From Heterodontus francisci (taxonomy: Eukaryota), in contig NC_090387.1 of the NCBI RefSeq assembly GCF_036365525.1, positions 56,385,752 to 56,449,751 of the forward strand: a DNA stretch of 64,000 bases. Direction: 5' to 3'. This document shows, in pieces, positions 51,350 through 64,000 of the stretch. Every line of letters starts with the position of its first letter. The stretch's first letter is position 1. The notes under the pieces are model-generated. The model saw only the letters and a list, made by a program, of their open reading frames with translations. It ran no database searches and was not told the origin of the DNA. Position numbers and translations under genes: made by a program.

Positions 51350-53739
51350 ATTGTGTCTTCCAATATCCAGCTCCCAGCACAAATGCCTTTACTCCATCTC
51401 ACTTACTGAAGGGAAATAAGTTTGAAAGTGGATATTCTCTTACTGAGTATTGACAGTAAGATCTCAAACTGTTTTTTGTTGTCTGATTATGATGTCACAT
51501 TACTTATTGCTAGCAGAAATCACTTGAAAATCTAGGAGTTCACTTTGTTTAAATTGTTTACTTTTGCCAAATGCTTAATAGTCAAACACAGAGAAATCTC
51601 TTTTGATTAATCATGAGTAGAAACCTATTTGATGGCTCTCCCTAATTTAAAAAGCCCTATTAAGTTGACATTTATAGTTTCCCTGTATTATAGGCAGCAA
51701 TAGCAAACAGTGCAACGTCATCATCTGGTATCAAGAGTCTCTACCAAGAAGCAAATGGCTGTTCTCAGTCAGTGGAAATTATTCACTTTGAAACTTGTTT
51801 TTGCTGTGTAGATAAAGTGATAAGGAACAAATTGCTGCTGGGGACAAGATATTGAAGGCAAATTCTGTCTACTGACTATGAGTTGTTTAGAGCCTGGAGT
51901 TTCCCTTTAAGCAGGATTTGATATTTTCAAAGAAGGTTTTAAATGGACCCTACTGTATATGTCTTCTGCATGAGTAAGATAATCTTCATACTTAATTGTG
52001 CATCTGGGATAATGCTTTTTCTCCCCCACCACATATTCTTTTGGGTGAATACAACAACAAAAAGCTCAGAATGGTTCTGCAGTCAAAGTAAACTGTTAAC
52101 CGTACTGCAGTATTATACCAAGGTGACAAACCTCAGTATTCAGAACGCAAAGTGGTCTCTTGCCCACATCAGTCACATAAAGCTTTAGGCACTGATAGTT
52201 GTTGGAGTCTGTCATTTAAGTAAGTAGATTGCTGCTTCATAGGATAAAGCTTTTTGGTGTACAAATGTTTTACAAGCCTCTCTCAGTGATACCTATATGA
52301 TGTTTTTCTGTTCATAAGAGCTATTAATGGCCAAAGATTTTTTTTTGAAAAGAACAGTAAATCTGAAATTAAACAGAAAGTGCTGGAAGTGGACAGCAAG
52401 TTGGTCAAAGAAAAAAAGATAGATTAATGTACAGATGGGATACATTCTAATGAAGGTTCCCTTCAGAAACCTTAATAAGTCTTTTTCCATTTTTTGTGCT
52501 TTTTTTTAAGTGTGACATTTGAGGTCAACTGGAAGATTTTCTGCTGGCTCGGGAGTGTTTCTAACCATTGAAATGACTGGCTTTCTTAAGTAAAAGAAAA
52601 TCTTTTAAGTGTAGCACAGAAATTTGTATACATTACAGTGTGACACCTGAAATGTGACAAACTTGTCTTAAAACACATGTTTAAGCAGTATGCTATATAT
52701 TAATAGAGGCAGTTCAAGTGTCAATTTATACATACATAGTTTGATAGTTTTATGTTTTTTGATCATTATTTTACGTAGGTTTCAGTACAAATTAGAGAGA
52801 AGACTTAGATTTTTCTTCTATAACGGGGCATTATCAAGAAACAAAAATCAGCAGTTATAATTTACAAGTAATATTAAAGACTCACATGAATGAATTTGCC
52901 CCAGAAAGTATTGTGTACAGCACAATAAACCTTCACTGTTTCTTTGCTATCCACAATGGACTGTGTTGTCTGGTTTATTTGTAATTCATACTGCACACAA
53001 GACAAATGGTTTTGATTTTAGAATATTTTCCGCCTAGCAGATCCGGGTGTCTTGCTTGCTGAATGAACCAAAATTGGTAGAAGCTAAACTAATATTTTTT
53101 TATAACCTAAGCTTGACAGTACAGATGATAAAAGATATTTCACTTTTTTATGCATACCAAAAATATGAGAAATCGTGTTTTGCAGATATTTGCTCAGAGC
53201 AAGTGCAAATTTAGGTCATAAGATTGCTCAAGGTCAAGACAGCTGTGAGCAGGAAATACTATCCACCTAGTAACTGAGTGAAAAATGATCCAAATATTAG
53301 ACTCATCTACACTGCATTAAGAAGCCATTGCTTTCCCACAATAGCTTTATGCTATTTCAATATGAAAACGGTGCAATTTTAGCTCAACTCAAGTTATGAT
53401 TGACAATTACTGCTGCATAATTCACAGAAAAAAGTCTCCTCTCTGCCTTGCTATTTTCCCTCTTGGTGACATTCTTGGGAAAACATTTGATAAATGTGTT
53501 ACATATCAACCAGTTTTTAAAACTCTTTAAGCATAATCTGGTTTGCCTCGCTAAGCATATATTTATCATTAGAATTTTGACTTGAAAAGGTCATGGCGCC
53601 CATCATTTCCCCTTTGATATTGTCCTTACTAAATATGACACCAAACTATAAATACTAAATCATGCACTGTGTTGATCTGGTGTTCCAATGGGGCACATCA
53701 CTAGTAATAACATTACATTACTCTGGATTGTGCAGTAGT

Positions 53740-54700
53740 TGCTGTTTCAGCCTTAATTAGATTTGATGTCAACATTTCTTCATCACCAGCATCATTTTGT
53801 TGTATGTGTGTGTCTGTGTGTCAATTGTTCCTCTTCAGATTTATTATTGCCCTCATCATTATCATCTATCTGTCAGCTTTGGTGGTGCTCACATTGACAG
53901 TCATAAAGTTAATTACGAGCACTAATGAGCGCAGGGCTTGGGTGGGCAGTGCACTCTGGGTAATCTTTAGTGTTAAATAAGCGCCCCATTAGGCGTCGCC
54001 CTGTGCTGTTTTATATTCTACCCTATGTAGTTGTGAAGTCCCTTTCCCTTGCCTCGGCTCCTCTATGCTTTCTATTTATCATTATCTGCCACTTTGTTAA
54101 ATAATTCCCTACCCCTGACATAAATCATGCATAAAAATACTCCAGCGCAGAGAAAATTTCACTTCAGTGCTGCAATGATGAGATAACCATTTTCATCTGT
54201 TGTTGAAGCATTGAGATTTATTGGCCTTTGATGTGCTACAAACCAGGCATCACTCTTCGCTAAACAGACTCTGGGTTGCATTCATTCTTATTGCATTTAA
54301 CGATGCAAAATGGAGTGCTTTTCCCTTGTGGGCCTTGTCCCAGCCAAGGTGGGGCTTCTAGCGTCAATGTCATTACTTTATATTAGATAAAAAGGCCACA
54401 TAAAAGGCATGCAGTGATTTCAATGATTTTTTATTTCTGTTTAGCAGCGTTGACAGAATGTCATACTGGAATGACTGCTAAAGCCATTTTTTCTGTCCTG
54501 CCTTGGCAGTCCTGTCCCTTGAGGGCAGTTCCATTGTACTATAATATTAATTCTGCTAACTTTCAGACTTCATTGCTGACAACAGGCCTTTTGGCATTCA
54601 CAGGCTATTACATTAAACTTCCCATCAAGCCGTGTCAGCTTCGGAGGCCAGTGAAGCTCAGGAAAGTCTTGATATTCCACCACTTGACACCAGTGGCAGG
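53740..54700. promoter_or_regulatory. Candidate conserved non-coding enhancer cluster
   Basis: Repeat-free; TGACAG-TCATAAA-TTAATTACGAG at 53895-53919, TGACATAAATCA at 54116-54127; retained CpGs; conservation unverified. Confidence 0.45.
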
Positions 54701-57259
54701 TGTTTTTTTTAAAATTACTCTCAGGTTTGTTTTCTTGGTACCAGGAAACTGAGGTTAAATTCCTTCTGTGAATCAAGCAAGATTACCAGGGGATATATAG
54801 CACCTAACAGAAAACACTGGTACACAGATAGAATGTGTCATCATGGCTCTGTGGGTACCCAGTCTGTGAATGGAGAATCATCTGTGGCATGTGAGAGATT
54901 GTTTTGTCACCCTGACAATAAACATTGTACATCAGAGTCCTGACGTCCAGGACAAATCCATGAAGACAGATAACTGAGTGTGTAAGTGGCTAGGGACCGT
55001 CCAGAGTGGTACCCAGTCACCTGTACTGACAGAAACTATTAGAGGTTCAGTTAAAAGCATGAAGATGCTGCAAAGATGGATATATAGAAGGGGAGGGGGT
55101 GAGTGGGGGGTGGGGAGAGAAAAGCCTGGTAGAGCGGAGATTTCCATTGGTAATGACTGATCATGCCAGATGACTCATCCCATCAATTGCTTTACGTCCT
55201 GCAGTTCCAGGGGGCACTGTGTGTCCTGCTGAACAGCTCTCTGCTGAGTTCAGAAAGTAAAGCCTGCTCCTTAGAAAGCAGCTGTAATGGGATTGATGCT
55301 GTACACTAAATCCACAGTCTCTCAGAGCCCATTGATTTGTTTTTGGGTAAATCTTTATGATTGGGTAAAGTGAGCAGCACTTAAAGGTTTCACTAATGTT
55401 GTTATCCACTTTCATTCCTTGCCCTGCTGTACAAGAAACCATAAAAATCAGTCACTGTAATCCTTTTTTCCCCCTTAGCTGCATAGAAATATGCCTTTTA
55501 TACAATGAATGCAATAAAAATATACCCTGCTCAGGGAAATTTCAACAACAGTTTTGTCTCTGTTGGGATATTTGTACTCTTTATAATGGTAACTAAAAGT
55601 ATACATCTACTAAAGAATGAATTACAAAATAATTAAAATCAACTCTACAGTTCCCATTAATGGGTTTGGGTTGCTATTTCATCATTTTTTCTCTAGGGCC
55701 TCTGTGCAGCAGGACCCAAGCCCTGGTGTGTGCTAGAGGAGTGTCATTTATCTTATGATTTGAGACTTTAAAAACATAGACCTTGGCTGGAATATTCCCC
55801 ATTGACTGTGAATGGGAGTAAATTTCAACCAATTTGTTTTTCATGCTAATTCTAGAAGAAGACTGTACAGAGTATTAAAACTATAGTTTAAAATCGCGCA
55901 AAACTAAAGTAGTCCTTGGCTTCTTAAATTACTAAATAAAGCCATCTATATGCAAATTATCAACAAATATAGATACAGGTATGTAAGTAAACCAAGTGTT
56001 CATTTGTAAAAAAAAATTATGTACAGATCTAATTATACACTGCCTACCATAATACATTAAGCAGTGTGTACCATCGCGCATATAGGATAAAGATATGCCT
56101 AAAGGAGCAATGAATTCAGTAGTTAGCCTGCCTTTTCTTTACGTTAGAACAGATTAAATGGCTTTTGAAGAGACTAAGCTTTCTTTTGTAGTTTGAGCAG
56201 TGTGGTAGTTCTTCATCGGTGGAAAAGCTTCTGATTTGTTAGAAATCAGGAGGTTCATGTTAAGCATTCCCTATTGAGAAAGACAAGAAAAGTAGATGAA
56301 ACACTTATATGTCTTTTCATTATGTTATTTGCAGTTTATTTGTTCAAATTCAAAAAGGTCCGATTTATGTGCTGACTGCTTGTTTGTTATATTTCTTATA
56401 TATTTTTGATACGTATCCTCCAAAAATATTCTTTCATATACATATATATATGATGCCTTGAGCAATCTTAACCAGCCAAGAAGGATGCTGCAGCTATGTT
56501 GGAGGTAGCCATGCATTTTTTAAAAAAACTGGTTAAAGAAATGTAAACTAATTTGAGTTGACTGTTGCGACATGTTGCAAAACACAGTTGTAAATTATCA
56601 TTACTTATGACCAAATTCAGAAGTAATATAGCTGGAATTTTCTTATGGTACAGAGTAAATAATGCAGTCTTATATGGTTTTATAATGCTGTGCATTGGCT
56701 GAGAAGAAAAAGAAAAGCCACCAGCCTTTGGACAGTGTGCTGCCACATCACAGTCTCTGTCAATCTCACATACATTTTATATGCAAGTGATATGTTGACA
56801 TTTAACCCCTATCAGAGCCTTATAGGCACTAAAAAAATTTCGAATAGATTTAAATGTCCCTAGAAAATAGCTGTATCAAATGCTGCATAGCATTGTGTCT
56901 GAAACTTGCAGATGAGGCATTATTTACAGTTGAATATTTTGCCCCATTTAGCTCTCACTGGCCTTCTTAACCACCTGTGATGCATCTATTTTAGCAGTTT
57001 GTTTGACTGCTGAATAATTTACTAAAGACTCCCTTTTACTGTAGTCACACTGAAATAGGCACTGAAAACAGATTTGAACTAAGAAGGAATCCTGGACTCT
57101 GGTTGTGTAGATAATTTCCCCATGGCTAACTCGAAAGTCAGTTGTGGTCACTAGAGCTGGTGATTATTACGATTCTGATGTTTTAGTTTTATGCCGTTAG
57201 CCCTCTGAGAATGAACAAATTGTGTGCATACATGTAGCAGGCAATTTTGAACATTGATT

Positions 57260-58120
57260 TTTGAAGGTTCATTAGATAAATGCTGACATCACAGATTGAT
57301 GTCTCTTTAAACTAGTGCCTGGTGCAGAACCATCAAGGGGAATCAAAAATATTGACTTAACATGTTTGTGCAGACCATCCACAGGAGAATTCCTCTGCAT
57401 TAATGGGATCCATCAATTTAGGTGTTCTTTAATTATTCTAGTTATACACTTCTCAGTTGGAAAGAGGCTATGTCAGCTGAGCTATTCCTATTCAAGGGAC
57501 TCGGCTTCTTCTACAGAGAGGAAAAAAAACGGATGCAGACTCTTGCATCTATTTTTCATCATCATATTTTACCCTGCTGTTCAGTAATTAAAATTTTTTA
57601 GTATGGACTAATTTGCCTGTACAATTCAGGTGGAAATTGACAGGGGACTGATTAATGGGCAGGCTTTGAGGCCTATGAGCTATTTTGGCTGCTTAGCAAA
57701 ATGTTTGCCTGCAAAATAACATTGATGGTTTTGTTCCTGTTTAACCCCTCACCCTGATGCCATCAATAGATTGAATACATCATTTGTTTCTGCAAGTGTT
57801 TCTTTAATTAAGATCTCCTAAAAATCTTTGCTATCGATTCATTCCATTAACTTATTGATTAACCGTGCTGGATCATGTACTTGCTCTTTAGTAGAAGGCA
57901 GCATTTTGAGCCTTCTGTCATTATACACAGACGTGAACATTGAACAAAGGTCTGCCTCCGTGACTGTCAATGTGCCGTGATTTTCAATGAGTTGGCTGAC
58001 TTCTTTGCTCTGTATTTTAGTACTCCGAGCCGGCAGAATGATTTTCAAAAGCAAAAGGCAGTGTGAATAAAATGGTCTCTGAATGAATCGCTTCCTTCTC
58101 CCATTCTCTATCATCATTTT
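57260..58120. promoter_or_regulatory. Candidate conserved non-coding enhancer
   Basis: TGACAG (57638-57643) next to TGATTAATGG (57649-57658); many TAAT and ATCAAT motifs; repeat-free. Confidence 0.45.
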
Positions 58121-59114
58121 TATTATGATTGTCAGAAGTATAACAGTTTTATTACAGAATGATTGTTAAGGTATGCCCACAGACCACCACAGCTATTAAA
58201 ATCACAAAATCACAATGACTAGGTCGTTGGACACCAAATTAAATCCCAATGGGAACATATATTTGAACAGAAATTTAGTGTAGCCATGTCCATACTGTTA
58301 AAAACTTGTGTTGGTTTAAATATAGAGTATAGATAAATTTGCCAGTTTGGTTAACGTCTCAAAGCCCTAAAGAGATAGACAAATTTTGTTGCTGAGAGCT
58401 TGGTTCTGATGATAATCTTGACTACATTTCTGCAAGAAAGAATGTAATTAAAGAAATATATTGTACTTTATGTGGCATGTTTCTCTAACTCTGAATGAAT
58501 AGGTATTCTGGGCATCATGATTATTGTTTTGACAAATCATTATGTCACGGGAACCACATTTGAGCTTTGTATCATTTAAACTTTAAAAAGTTAGTAGTTG
58601 TTTAAAAGCTCAGCATCCAGTCTATGCCTCTGTGATTCGTAAAGTATTTCTCTACATTAAATGTGTTATATAAGTGCAAGTTGTTGATGAAATTTAATTA
58701 GCAGTTTTAGTGGGAATAATTCATACTGAGAATCACTTGAAATAGTGGAACTGAGCAATTTAACACACAAGTATTAAGTGCAAAAGAAATGCTTCTCTCT
58801 GGCTAATATTACTTATTGAGAAATGTTCATATTTCTTTAATTCAAATTGAAAGGTCTGAAATAAAAGGTATTTAATCTTTTCTATTTATTTCTTCATCTG
58901 TCTTTTTTATTTTATTAAGGGAAGTTTAAATTTAGTGTTGATCAAAATGAAACTACTTAGTCAAATTAAATCCTCACAAATGATAATAGTGAGCCCACCA
59001 TTTCCTCATTACTTCAGCTCTCTGAATAGCCTGAGCTTACAGTCAGACATAACCACAAGGCATAAAAATGTTATTTTCCACGAGAGAAACCCCATTAACA
59101 TAAAGAACACAACA

Positions 59115-59222
59115 AAGAAAGAACCTGCATTTATATAGTGCCTTTCACAACCTCATGACCTCCCAAAGTGCTTTACTGACAATGAAGTACTTACGAAGTG
59201 TAGTCACTGCTGCAATGTAGGA
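59115..59222 (-). mobile_element. L2-derived SINE/LINE 3' tail
   Basis: cctgcatttatatagtgcctttcacaacctc...tcccaaagtgctttac. Confidence 0.7.
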
Positions 59223-59364
59223 AATGATGGAATTTTTTTTACTGTTCCCTATTTTTGCCATATATAAGGTTAAGCATAGGCCAGAAGTATTTCCTGTTGA
59301 TGTACCTGGCAACTGACATAGATGGAGGAATATGGGCATCATCTTGAGCAGTAGCATGTACTAT

Positions 59365-61122
59365 GGGGTGGAGACAGCAGAAGCTCTAGGCACAATCTTT
59401 CAGGCTTCCTTGGATGTGAGAATGGTGCCATATGACTCATAGAGTCATTTATGGCACAGTAGGAGGCCATTCAGCCCATCGAGTCCATGCTGGCTTTCCA
59501 CTGAGCAATCCAGTCAGTCACATTCCCTTGGTCGATCCCCGTTGCCCTGCAAGTTTATTTCCTTCACATGGCCATCCAATTTCCTTTTGAAATCATTCAT
59601 TCTCTCCGCTTCCACCACCCTTGTGGGTGGGTTCCAGGTCATTACCACCTATTGTGTTAAAAAGTTCCTCCTCATATTCCCCCTGCATCTCTTGCCCCCA
59701 AACCCTCAATCTGTATCCCCTGGTCCTTGTACCATCAGTTAATGGGAACAGTTTTTCTTTGTCTAACTTATCTAAGCCTGTCATAATCTTGTATATTTCT
59801 ATCAAATCTCCCCTCAATCTTCTTTGCACTAAGGATAACAAACACAGCTTTTCCAAACTAACCTTGTAACTAAAATCCCCCATCTCTGGAACCATTCTGG
59901 TAAATCTCCTTTGCATTCTCTCAAAGACCCTCACATCCTTCCTAAAGTGTAGAAATGCATCATCTCACACTTGTCAATATTAATTTCCATCTGCCACGTG
60001 TCTGACCATTCTGCTAGCCTATCTATGGCCTGTTGCAGGTGGTTTATATCACCCTCACTGTTTGCCACACCTCCTCCGCCCTCTCAAATTTTATCCCCTT
60101 CATTGCCTCTACTCTCTCAGCTTCTGAGATTCCCCTTCCTTAGTGAACACTGATACTAAGTATTCATTCAGTATTCTAGCCTTGCCCTGCGCTTCTAAGC
60201 ATATATTACCCTCTTTGTCCCTAATAGGCCCCACTCCACCTCTTGCTACTTGCTTACTACTTTCATGCCGGTAGAAGATTTTTGTGTTCCCTTTTATGTT
60301 GACTGCCATTCTATTCTCATGTTCTCGCTGTGCCAGTCTTATTTTCCTCTTCACCTCCCTTCTCAATTTATTGTATGTGGCCTGCTTCTCACTTGAAGAA
60401 TTCACCTGACATGCTTCATACACCCTCTTTTTTTGTTTCATCATAATCTCTATCTCCCTTATCATCCAAGGAGCCCTGTTTTTTGTTCCCTTACCTTTCG
60501 CCCTCGTTGGAATGTACCTAGCCTGTTCCTGAAGCATCTCTTCCTTAAAGATAGTCCGTTGTTCTGATACAGCTTTTCCTGTCAGTCTTTGTATGACTGG
60601 AGGATTGCAAATTATCAAAAATGGGGAGAGAGATAAACCTGGTATCTACGGGTCAGTCACTTTAATGTCAGTGATGGGAAAGCTACTAGAGACTAATGTC
60701 AAGGACAAAATTAATTCTGACTTGATGAACCATGAGGTAATAAGGGGCAGCCAGCATGGATTTGATAAAGATAAATTGTGTCTGCATAACTTGATCGAGT
60801 TATTTGATGAAGTAACAGAGGGAGTGATGAAAATAGTACAGTAGATGTATATATGAATTTTCAAAAGACACTTGCTAAGGTACCACATAATAGACTTATT
60901 CAGAAAATAGAAGTGCATGGGATTAAAGGGACGGTGATAATTTGGATGCGTAATCAGCTAATTGGATAAGAGGCAGAGAGTAGTCGTGAATGGATGTTTT
61001 TCTGACTGGATTCAGGTGAGGCGCTGGGGTGTGGAACTGGGTTCGATGGCTCTTTTCAGGAGCTGACATGGGTGCAACGGCTGAACAGTAGCCTCCTGTC
61101 CTGTAAGATTCTATGCTTCTGT
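59365..61122 (+). mobile_element. Old CR1 RT fragment plus 3' tail, split by an antisense CR1
   Basis: ALGTIFQASLD..VPYD|WRIAN..DKPGIYGSVTL..SQHGF..LIELFDEVT. Confidence 0.8.
59438..60591 (-). mobile_element. CR1 LINE fragment (internally deleted) nested in another CR1
   Basis: ORFs 59593-59934 and 60109-60618; 7-bp TSD tatgact at 59431-59437 and 60592-60598. Confidence 0.88.
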
Positions 61123-62061
61123 AAGCTTACTTCACATGCCATATTAGTTTTCCATCTTGTATTACTAGCACTAGATATGTGCCTTTTACACTATTTCATT
61201 CACACATGATATCCTGAAGTTACCCCAAAAGTTAAATAAGTGGGTGGTATGACATCAGCAGGAAGTATTGTCTGGTTGTGGGGAGCGAGACAGAAGATAG
61301 ATAAAGATATTCTGGTAGGGATGTCATTTAGACCTCTCTAGGTGCACATTGTTGATGTTCTTTGTATACTGCTCCCCTCCTAATCTGGAGGCAAATATTA
61401 AGTGCCTGATCCCTCTGGTTTCCAAGGATCACTGATCTCTGGGTTGATCAAGAAAGTAAAGAGTAACCTCAGAGATAATCATACTTTAATTTCAGGATAG
61501 GCCAATTGCACAGGGTACTGCAAGAAGAGTTGAGACCCAGTTTATCTCTTCATTGAGTTCTGTCTCTCTGACTGTACCTCTGGCGCTGTCCCTCTGAAGA
61601 CACCAGTCCATTTAAAATAAATTATTATGCTGAATCTTGATCCTCCACTTCAATTACTGAGGACAGGAAGTTAAGAAAACTCAATTCATTAATTTATCGT
61701 ATGTGCAGGGCACTCGGATGTGTACCATATCCATAAGAATTGTTGCTTATCTACCTGCTTACCAGATGTGCTCAGCTAACTGGCACCACCTAGTTTTTTT
61801 TCAGACTGGGGTACATAATAAAGGAACTGCTTAAGTGATGCAGAATTTGGAGCATGAATATCACAGATAAGGAAATGAAGCATGTAACCATATAACTGCA
61901 ATCCGTTTTCAGTTCTATAAAAACTAATTAGAGGAGAGGCCAGCTAGTGTCTTTTACACGAAATTATAGGACAAAATATTAAGTATTGCTTCAGGTATCG
62001 AGGAAAATTTCTGGTGCTTTCATTTAAAACTGTGAGAGTTTCTATATATCACAGATGAAGG

Positions 62062-63475
62062 ACATAGGAACATAGGAGCAGGAGTAGGCCATTCAGCCAA
62101 TCAAGCCTGCTCTGCCATTCAATATAATCATGGCTGATCATCCACTTCAATGCCTTTTTCCCCACACTATTCTCATATCCCCTTATGTCATTTGTGTTTA
62201 GAAATCTGTCAATCTCTGCTTTAAACATACTCAATGACTGAGCTTCCACAGCCCTAGGGGGTAGAGAATTTCAAAGATTCACAACCCTCTGAGTAAAGAA
62301 ATTTCTCCTCATCTCTGTCCTAAGTAGCTTCCCCTTATTTTGAAATTATGTCCCCTGGTTCTAGACTCCCCAACCAGGGGAAACATCTTACCTGCATCTA
62401 CCCTGTCTATCTCTTTAAATATTTTGTAGATGAGATCACCTCTCATTCTTCGAAACTCTAGCAAATACAGGCTCAGTTTCCCCAATATCTCTTCATAGGA
62501 CAATCCCGCCATCCCGGGAACAAGTCTGGTGAATCTTCGTTGCACTCCCTCTAAGGCAATAATATCCTTCCTAAGGTAAGGGGTCCAAAATTGCACACAG
62601 TACTCCAGGTGTGGTCTAACCAAGGTCTGTACAATTGAAGCAAGACTTCACTACTCCTGTATTCAAATCCTCTTGCTATAAAGGCTAACATACCATTAGC
62701 TTTCCTAATTGCTTAACCTCTTATCATTTAAGAAATACTCTGTACATCTGTTCCTCATACCAAAGTGGATAACCTCACATTTTTCCACATTATATTCCAT
62801 CGCCACGTACTTGCCCACTCACAAAGTCTTTCCAAATCCCCTTGAAGCCGCTTTGCATCTTCCTAACAACACACATTCCCACCTAGTTTTGTGTCATCTG
62901 CGAACTTGGAAATACAACATTTGGTCCCCACATCCAAATCATTGATATATATTGTGAACAGCTGGGGCCCAAGCACTGATCCCTGCGGTACCCCACTAGT
63001 CACAGCCTGCCAACGAGAGAAGGACCCATTTATTCCTAGTTTCTGCTTTCTGTCTGTTAACCAATCCTTAATCCATGCCAGCATATTACCTCCTATCCCA
63101 TGTGCTTTAATTTTGCTAACCAACCTCCTGTGGGGGACTTTATCAAAAGCCTTCTGAAAATCCAAGAATACCACGTCCACCTACTCCCCTTTATCAATTC
63201 TGTTAGTAACATCCTCAAAAAACTCCAACAGGTTTGTCAAACATGATTTCCCATTCATAAATCCATGTTAACTATGCCCAATCAGATCATTATTATCCAA
63301 GTGTCCATTTATCACATCCTTTAGAATAGATTCTAGCATTTTCCCAATGACTGATATAAGGCTAACAGGTTTGTAATTCCCTGTGTTCTCTCCCTCCCTT
63401 AAATAGTGGGGTGACATTTGCGAACTTCTAATCTGCAGGAACCACTCCAGAATCTATAGAATTTTGGAAGATGAT
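62062..63475 (-). mobile_element. 5'-truncated CR1 LINE
   Basis: [44 protein letters not shown]; tail acataggaacatagg. Confidence 0.93.
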
Positions 63476-64000
63476 GGACGATTTATTGAAGTTTGAAGAG
63501 GCTATAAAGCTCACTGAGATTATATTTATCAGTCTGTCTTGTAGCACCAACTTCATCCATACTTAATCATACCATTTACCCTGAAAGTATTGCCCATCAG
63601 TGCCCTCCCACAAGGAGTATGATATTCCCAAGTTATATTTTTTAATCTGATGATCCAGTGGAGCATGTCTAATGTCCAGTGGTCTTGTGGGTAAAGTTGT
63701 CTATGTAATAGGTATGAATGGGGAAGTATCTCATTTATGGTCTAACTGTGAAGTATGCATTGATGTTGCTTTGCAGGGCCTGAATAAATCTAAAAACTTA
63801 CTTGTCAAGGTTCGGAGGCAAGTGTTTCAAGTTCACCTCTAATGTTTGAGTGCTGGAAACCATATTGAAGTTATGCCATTGGTTTCCTCTGAGAAATACC
63901 CCACTTTTTGCTGGAGGGGTAATCTGTTCATGGACTTTTTTGATGTTGTCCTCATGGAGATTTATTATTAAATTACATTGTTACAGTCCAATTCAATGAA

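Noticed and set aside
52345-52490. Second hammerhead (ctaatga...gaaac on + strand) in a Penelope-like relic
   Set aside because: Core CUGAUGA is mutated and stems are poorly paired

Overview
Eukaryotic, vertebrate genomic DNA, almost certainly from a cartilaginous fish (shark). This is inferred from five HE1-type V-SINEs plus shark-type CR1, L2, RTE and Deu-SINE repeats. No intact host gene was recognised, and every ORF I could assign a product to is transposon-derived. The window is a nested transposon mosaic: many CR1 LINE fragments (one near-full copy with an ORF1 esterase remnant), a young RTE LINE with a 46-bp target-site duplication, and a single-ORF CR1-group LINE whose 5' UTR and 3' tail together form the body of a tRNA-type SINE also present here. 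It also holds three solo LTRs, two decayed Harbinger transposons (transposase and intron-containing Myb/SANT gene) with at least six Harbinger-type MITEs, hAT MITEs, and Penelope-like terminal fragments, one retaining an intact minimal hammerhead ribozyme. Between the repeats lie transposon-poor AT-rich blocks (about 29.5-33.3 kb and 52.5-59.1 kb) with homeodomain/TALE/GATA motif clusters that look like conserved enhancers. The window is probably a large intron or gene desert near a developmental regulator. Family names come from motif recognition by eye, not database searches, and most boundaries are approximate unless a TSD is quoted.
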